Shown here: piece after piece, positions 51,401-55,945 of the stretch
Numbering within the stretch: the first letter of the stretch is position 1
How the letters are laid out: the number at the start of each line of letters is the position of its first letter
Assembly: GCA_002811645.1 (NCBI GenBank)
Contig: PDIP01000099.1
Span: 1 to 55,945 of the forward strand
Length of the DNA: 55,945 nt
From: Corallochytrium limacisporum Hawaii
Taxonomy: Eukaryota; Protista; Pluriformea
Reading direction: 5' to 3'
Program-made: the position numbers and the translations under genes
Notes under the pieces: model-generated
What the model was told of the DNA's origin: nothing
Databases searched by the model: none
The model's input: the letters and a program-made list of their open reading frames with translations, nothing else

Positions 51401-51824
51401 ATATGGAGTTATCGTAGGTAAAAGGCATCTGAGTCTCAGCATGCATAGCGGGGATCCCGTATTCCATGCAAGATGATGTAGACGTCGTCATAGAGGTATT
51501 GTGTGGCATGGAACGGTACCGGTCCAACGACTATCGTACGAAGACAGTTGAGAAGGACTGGAATGTCCACTGTGTCTTCAAATGGTTCCCTGAGCATGTT
51601 CAGTCTCGATATCTGTAGGAGGGTCTAGGCGGCTGATGCATAGGATGTTCGATGCTAAAAGATAATAAGTGGTTTGTACTGCTACGCTGATGGAGGAGAC
51701 AGATTAGCAGCAAACTATTACTGTATATATAACCTCCAGTGCTGGTGTGCCACAGTATTACGACGACACAACCGATGCCATCATCTCCAGCATATGCTCG
51801 AGATTGGAGAATATAGAGGGTCAC
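48477..51824 (-). pseudogene. Probable decayed coding sequence of unknown family
   Basis: Minus-strand ORF fragments tile the region, and several neighbours share a frame separated by only 1-2 stops (49288-49737 with 48733-49212; 50510-50806 with 50252-50461; 51600-51824 with 51210-51527). No homology recognised. Confidence 0.4.
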
Positions 51825-52695
51825 TTGTCCTCATGTGCCTCGGGGGAAGAGTTTCGAAGCATGTCGAGCAGACGTCAACCGTTTGAATTTCCTACGAAGA
51901 CTTGGTCCCGTCTCTAGCCCAGCCTCCAATCCACCGCAACCCATGTCTTCCCTCTCCTTTTTACCCCTACGTTTCTCATACATACCTTCTACGGGGTAGG
52001 GGGTTCTCAACTTGTCACTCCACGGGGGAAAAAGGGTTCCCTCACTTGGAAACCCAACCCAGCAGACGCACCCAGAGATCTTATTCGGCCAGTGCCAAGA
52101 GATCTCTGATACCGGAGGACACGTCTGAGGTGGTCATGAGCGTGAGGAAGAATGAAATGTGCTGTTAACTGTCGTCGACTCTTCCCCAGTCCATGCTCAG
52201 TACCATGGCCTACAACGAAGGCCTATTGTTTGCACCGCCCTACTCGCAGCGATAGCTCACGGGTGCTGAACGGTGTCCAGACTTGATTCGTCCGGTCTGG
52301 TATGCCAGGGACGGGCATGGCCCAGTATGTGAGCAACCCCACGCATTTTGTTGTGTACACGGCACGTTCACTATTGGCCTGGTGGGAAGGGCTCGCAGGT
52401 TTCCACCAGTCTTGCCTGGCGAATGCGCCCGTTAGCAGTAGGGGTTGGGGGTTGGGGAGGCGGAACCTCTTTTGCTTGTGCAGGGCCGGAACAGAATTCG
52501 GTATAATAGTAAATGTACTGGCAAGATAGGTTCGAACCTCAGGATACCATTTTGGGGATTCAGGTATATGAAAATATCTGTTGGCATAAAACATATTGAT
52601 TTACAGTACTACGGGTTGTGCAACACCTGTTCTATATATACAACATCTGAGAGAGGTCCCAATGTGTGTAAAGTACGGGGCCGTGGTGTCCTCGT

Positions 52696-53745
52696 TTACT
52701 TGTCACGCTTGTAGATCTTCTGCGCAAAGTCAGTGAAAACCTTGTCGGGCACGGCCGATGACTTGGCCTTAATGAACTCCTGCAGCTTTGCGTAGCTTTC
52801 CTCCTCATACTTGCGGTACAGGGCCTCCAGGTTCAGCTCCTTGTAGAGTTCCTTTACCTTGGCGACGCAAGCGGGATCCTTCTTGGCGTAGTTGTCCTCC
52901 AGAATCTTGCGCTGCTCTGGGGTGCAGATCTTCAGAGCTTGTACAACCAGCCATCCGCACTTATTGTCCTGAATGTCCGTGCCAATCTTGCCAATGACTG
53001 CGGGATCCCCGTAGCAGTCCAGGTAGTCGTCCTGCACCTGGAAGAACGCACCCATTTCAATGAGAATCTTTTCCGCGCTCTCGTAGGCGGCCTTTTCATC
53101 AATGCCTGACATAACCATAGCAATGGCAACGGGCAGATAGAAGGAGTAGTAAGCGGTCTTGTAAATGACGATGCAGAAGTAACGATCGTCAGTGAAGTCA
53201 TTGGGGCGGAAGTCACCTTCCGGGGCGGTGATGAGGTCCATCATCTGTCCAATCTCTGTGCGATAGGTAACATCCAGGAAGAGCTCGAGAATCTTACCAT
53301 AGTAGGGCTTGTCCTGAATATAGTGGCGCAAGATGCGGTACATGGCACCTTCCAGAATGAGACTATCGTTGGCGGCCAGCAAGTTGACACCGGGACGCTT
53401 GTACCAGCACAGCTGTCCGCGGCGGGTCTCGCTCTGGTCCATGAGATCGTCAGCAACCAAGAAGAAGGCCTGAAGCCATTCCACGCACCATCCCAGAATA
53501 ATGGCAATTTCCAACTCAGGGTCGTCCTCACTGGCACCAGAAATGGTCTGGTAAGCCTGCGCAACGCTGATGCCACGGTTCATTTTCCCGCCTGGTACAT
53601 TATACTCCATGATCTCGCGAAGGTAGGCTTTGCCAGCCTCGGGGATATCAAAGCGAGCTTCAAGATCCTTCATCACCACGGACACAAGGTCCGGAAACTT
53701 GGCCACAAACCGTTCCTTAATGTTGGCCATCTCGACACTGGGCAT
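52696..53745 (-). CDS. FDPS: Farnesyl diphosphate synthase, 349 aa
   Basis: GGKMNRG, FARM QAFFLVADDLMD..TRRGQ.CW, GQMMD, YKTAYYSFYLP, SARM FQVQDDYLD, GKIGTDIQDNKC, IYKRDK end. Confidence 0.98.
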   Translation of the reverse strand: MPSVEMANIKERFVAKFPDLVSVVMKDLEARFDIPEAGKAYLREIMEYNVPGGKMNRGISVAQAYQTISGASEDDPELEIAIILGWCVEWLQAFFLVADDLMDQSETRRGQLCWYKRPGVNLLAANDSLILEGAMYRILRHYIQDKPYYGKILELFLDVTYRTEIGQMMDLITAPEGDFRPNDFTDDRYFCIVIYKTAYYSFYLPVAIAMVMSGIDEKAAYESAEKILIEMGAFFQVQDDYLDCYGDPAVIGKIGTDIQDNKCGWLVVQALKICTPEQRKILEDNYAKKDPACVAKVKELYKELNLEALYRKYEEESYAKLQEFIKAKSSAVPDKVFTDFAQKIYKRDK

Positions 53746-53929
53746 GACTCGGAGAGTGAGTACTATGTTTATGAACTATATTCTGTTCGATAATGAGTAC
53801 AGCATTATAAATTGCAGCCAGTAGATTGCATTACCGTCTTCTTAAACACCTTTTTAATGGACCTGACAATTGTGCCCCAATACTACCACACAGCTTCCGC
53901 CCTGGAGTGTATACTCCGCCATGACGCAA

Positions 53930-54380
53930 CCGGACCCCACGGGCCGAAAAGCCAGTGTCACTCGTGACCCTCACTTGGGGAATCCACTCTTTCGCACACA
54001 CCTCCCACCACTTTCCCCAAAAACTAGTCGATTCACTACTAGACTGATAGTGAATGTACGGTCCTCCCCTCATGCCCGCCGCTGATTGGCCACCCCGGCC
54101 ATCTGACCCGACGACCCGGTCCACCCTTGGGAGTGTTCGCTTGAAAATAGACTCCCACTTGATATTTCACGGATGCACAGAAGAGGTATATTAAAATATA
54201 CCACCCCGCTGGCAGAGAGGGTCGGAAATACAGTGGGTGGGTGGGGGTTTACATTTCGCACAGAGCGGCGGTGTCCCTCCCTAGTTCCAGTATGGAAAGC
54301 CCGTAGGGGCGCGCGCAAAATCGGAGCAAGCGCTGGCGGTGGCTGAAGCGAATGAAGCGCCTGCGGGAGGCCCTCGAAAA
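53930..54380. promoter_or_regulatory. GC-rich bidirectional promoter region (FDPS / Nup35)
   Basis: CpG-rich, with C-rich left part and G-rich right part, between divergent ATGs. Confidence 0.4.
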
Positions 54381-54676
54381 CATAACAGCTGCTGGACAGA
54401 TAAACATGATGCTTCATTCACATTGGCAATGCCTTACCACGTCAGCAGATCAGTGCACACGAATTTGTATAGTGCCAGAGATAGAGGAAGGTATATCATT
54501 GTGCTTCTCAGCTGTGTAGGATAACATTACCACGGCGTACAAACTGTACTGACCATGTGACAGTGAATGAGCGAAAAGATATCCGAATCGGGTCAGGTAC
54601 AGGCGTTGTGAGCAGGTTTGTTCGTTGGATCTCATAAAGCACAGTTGTTCGTAGAAAACACATTATTGTCATAGCC

Positions 54677-55666
54677 ATGTACAGCAGTCCGTACAGTGGA
54701 GGGTTCAGATCCCCGGGGGTGCAGAGCAGTTTCCAGTCACCGACTGCAGGCGGCAATGACATGGCACAGGCACCACGCACAATGCCACGCCACGGCTTTG
54801 GTGGATCACCAGGTATTGGGGCATCCACTGGACAGAGGCTTCGGTACCCAGCTACTGGTGGGCTTAACAATGATGGGAGGGTCCGGGCCCGGCGGCCACT
54901 GCTGGACTCCAGTAATGAAATGGGAAAGGCTAGGCTAGGCAGTGCTGCGAGACCAGGGGGAACCGTTGACAATACACTGGAGAAAGCGCCCCACAATCAG
55001 TTCCTTGCCAGCGGATTTCGGGGACAACTGGACTCACCAAATGCGGGGAGTGCTGTGGGCTTCGATGCTCGGAGTGATGGAGGTTTCCACCGTATGGACC
55101 AGGCCTCACTGAGTGCTGCAGACGCTGGACCTCTGCCACTAGAGTCATACTACGACCACGACATGGGAATTACTCCGGCACCTAGGACAGCCCAAGGTCA
55201 AAAAATTGGGGAAGATGCGTATGCCACTATGGGACAGGAGCAGACGACATTGGGCGACGAGAAACGTGTGGATGACCGGTGGGTCACTGTGTTCGGATTC
55301 CCGCCCGAGTACGCGTCACAGATCCTGCATCATTTCTCACAGTACGGTACAATTATCAAACATGAAATGCCTTCTCCAGGCTGCAACTGGATAAACATTC
55401 AATTTCAGTCAGAATTTGAGGCCAGCGTTGCGCTAAGCAAGAGCGGACGCGTGTTCAGAGACAATCTCATGCTGGGTGTGTGCAAGACTAACCAGGACGA
55501 TCTCAAGCAACCACGCCAGGTAGGGGAAACAGACAACCCTCTCGCGAAATCCCTGAACTTTGCAAGGAAGCCGTACCTTGTCCAGAGCGGGGGAGCAGCT
55601 GGATTGGCCCCGGAAGCTCAGTCCACAATGCTGAACCGCTTCTTTGAGTATGCATTGGGATGGTAG
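54677..55666 (+). CDS. NUP35: Nucleoporin Nup35/Nup53, 329 aa
   Basis: RRM-like WVTVFGFPP...ILHHFSQYGTI...NWINIQFQS..EA..ALSKSG, QFL and GPLPLES motifs, C-terminal amphipathic helix ending FFEYALGW. Confidence 0.93.
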   Translation: MYSSPYSGGFRSPGVQSSFQSPTAGGNDMAQAPRTMPRHGFGGSPGIGASTGQRLRYPATGGLNNDGRVRARRPLLDSSNEMGKARLGSAARPGGTVDNTLEKAPHNQFLASGFRGQLDSPNAGSAVGFDARSDGGFHRMDQASLSAADAGPLPLESYYDHDMGITPAPRTAQGQKIGEDAYATMGQEQTTLGDEKRVDDRWVTVFGFPPEYASQILHHFSQYGTIIKHEMPSPGCNWINIQFQSEFEASVALSKSGRVFRDNLMLGVCKTNQDDLKQPRQVGETDNPLAKSLNFARKPYLVQSGGAAGLAPEAQSTMLNRFFEYALGW

Positions 55667-55945
55667 GGCATGTACACAGATCCGCTTCCAGTTCTCAATC
55701 ATCATCGTCACATAATAGATCCGTAGGTACACTAGTATTGCTATAGCCAACTCATCATCTATATTTTGGTCCCATAGCTAACTTCTTAGCCTTCCGTTCA
55801 ACCTCACTGTCATCCCCGTCCTCAATGAACGCTGTGGAGTGGGCCAGCACGGGGGCCTATTTTCGGCAGTGTGTTAGTTGTTAAGTACTATCCTCTGCGT
55901 CGAAATATTGCTCCAAATCACATTTAATCAACCGGAATAAGGAGG

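Noticed and set aside
52261-52320. TPP-riboswitch-like words (GGGTGC, ACTTGAT, CTGG-TATG-CCAG)
   Set aside because: Lacks the UGAGA junction and the UAAU/AGCG core spacing, and no thiamine gene is nearby.
52500-52560. GGTTCGAACC B-box as a tRNA gene
   Set aside because: No T-stem pairing, no A-box and no cloverleaf on either strand.
42400-52600. Intact transposon or provirus in the large spacer
   Set aside because: No terminal repeats, target duplications, or transposase, RT or integrase motifs recognised.

Overview
Eukaryotic nuclear DNA, not prokaryotic. It carries 15 protein-coding genes, all readable as single uninterrupted ORFs (up to 5.2 kb): RPB1, TRAPPC11, a GRAM-VASt (Aster/LAM) protein, a GGQ mitochondrial rescue factor (MTRFR/C12orf65-like), ABHD11, an unassigned 605-aa protein, OCRL/INPP5B, NDUFB3, an ING-family PHD protein, an Mlx/Mondo-type bHLH-ZIP, TAM41, homocysteine S-methyltransferase, a Myc-like HLH-ZIP, FPP synthase and Nup35. 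The gene set and the lack of coding introns suggest a unicellular relative of animals, such as Corallochytrium (inference, unverified). Genes start from GC-rich islands with poly-C/poly-G tracts and CA/GT microsatellites. The best lead is the Myc-like gene at 41440-42339. It keeps the HLH-zipper and a Myc-box-IIIb-like motif, but its DNA-binding basic region is replaced by a Gly/acidic segment, so it is a candidate natural dominant-negative. It lies 5.7 kb from the Mlx/Mondo-like gene. These two genes sit behind the window's only large gene-free regions, which contain orphan promoter-like islands, candidate structured RNAs and a decayed coding tract. RPB1 has an all-Ala7 CTD and substitutions in conserved catalytic-centre motifs. 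No tRNA, rRNA, CRISPR array or intact mobile element could be supported. Three assembly gaps limit what can be seen.
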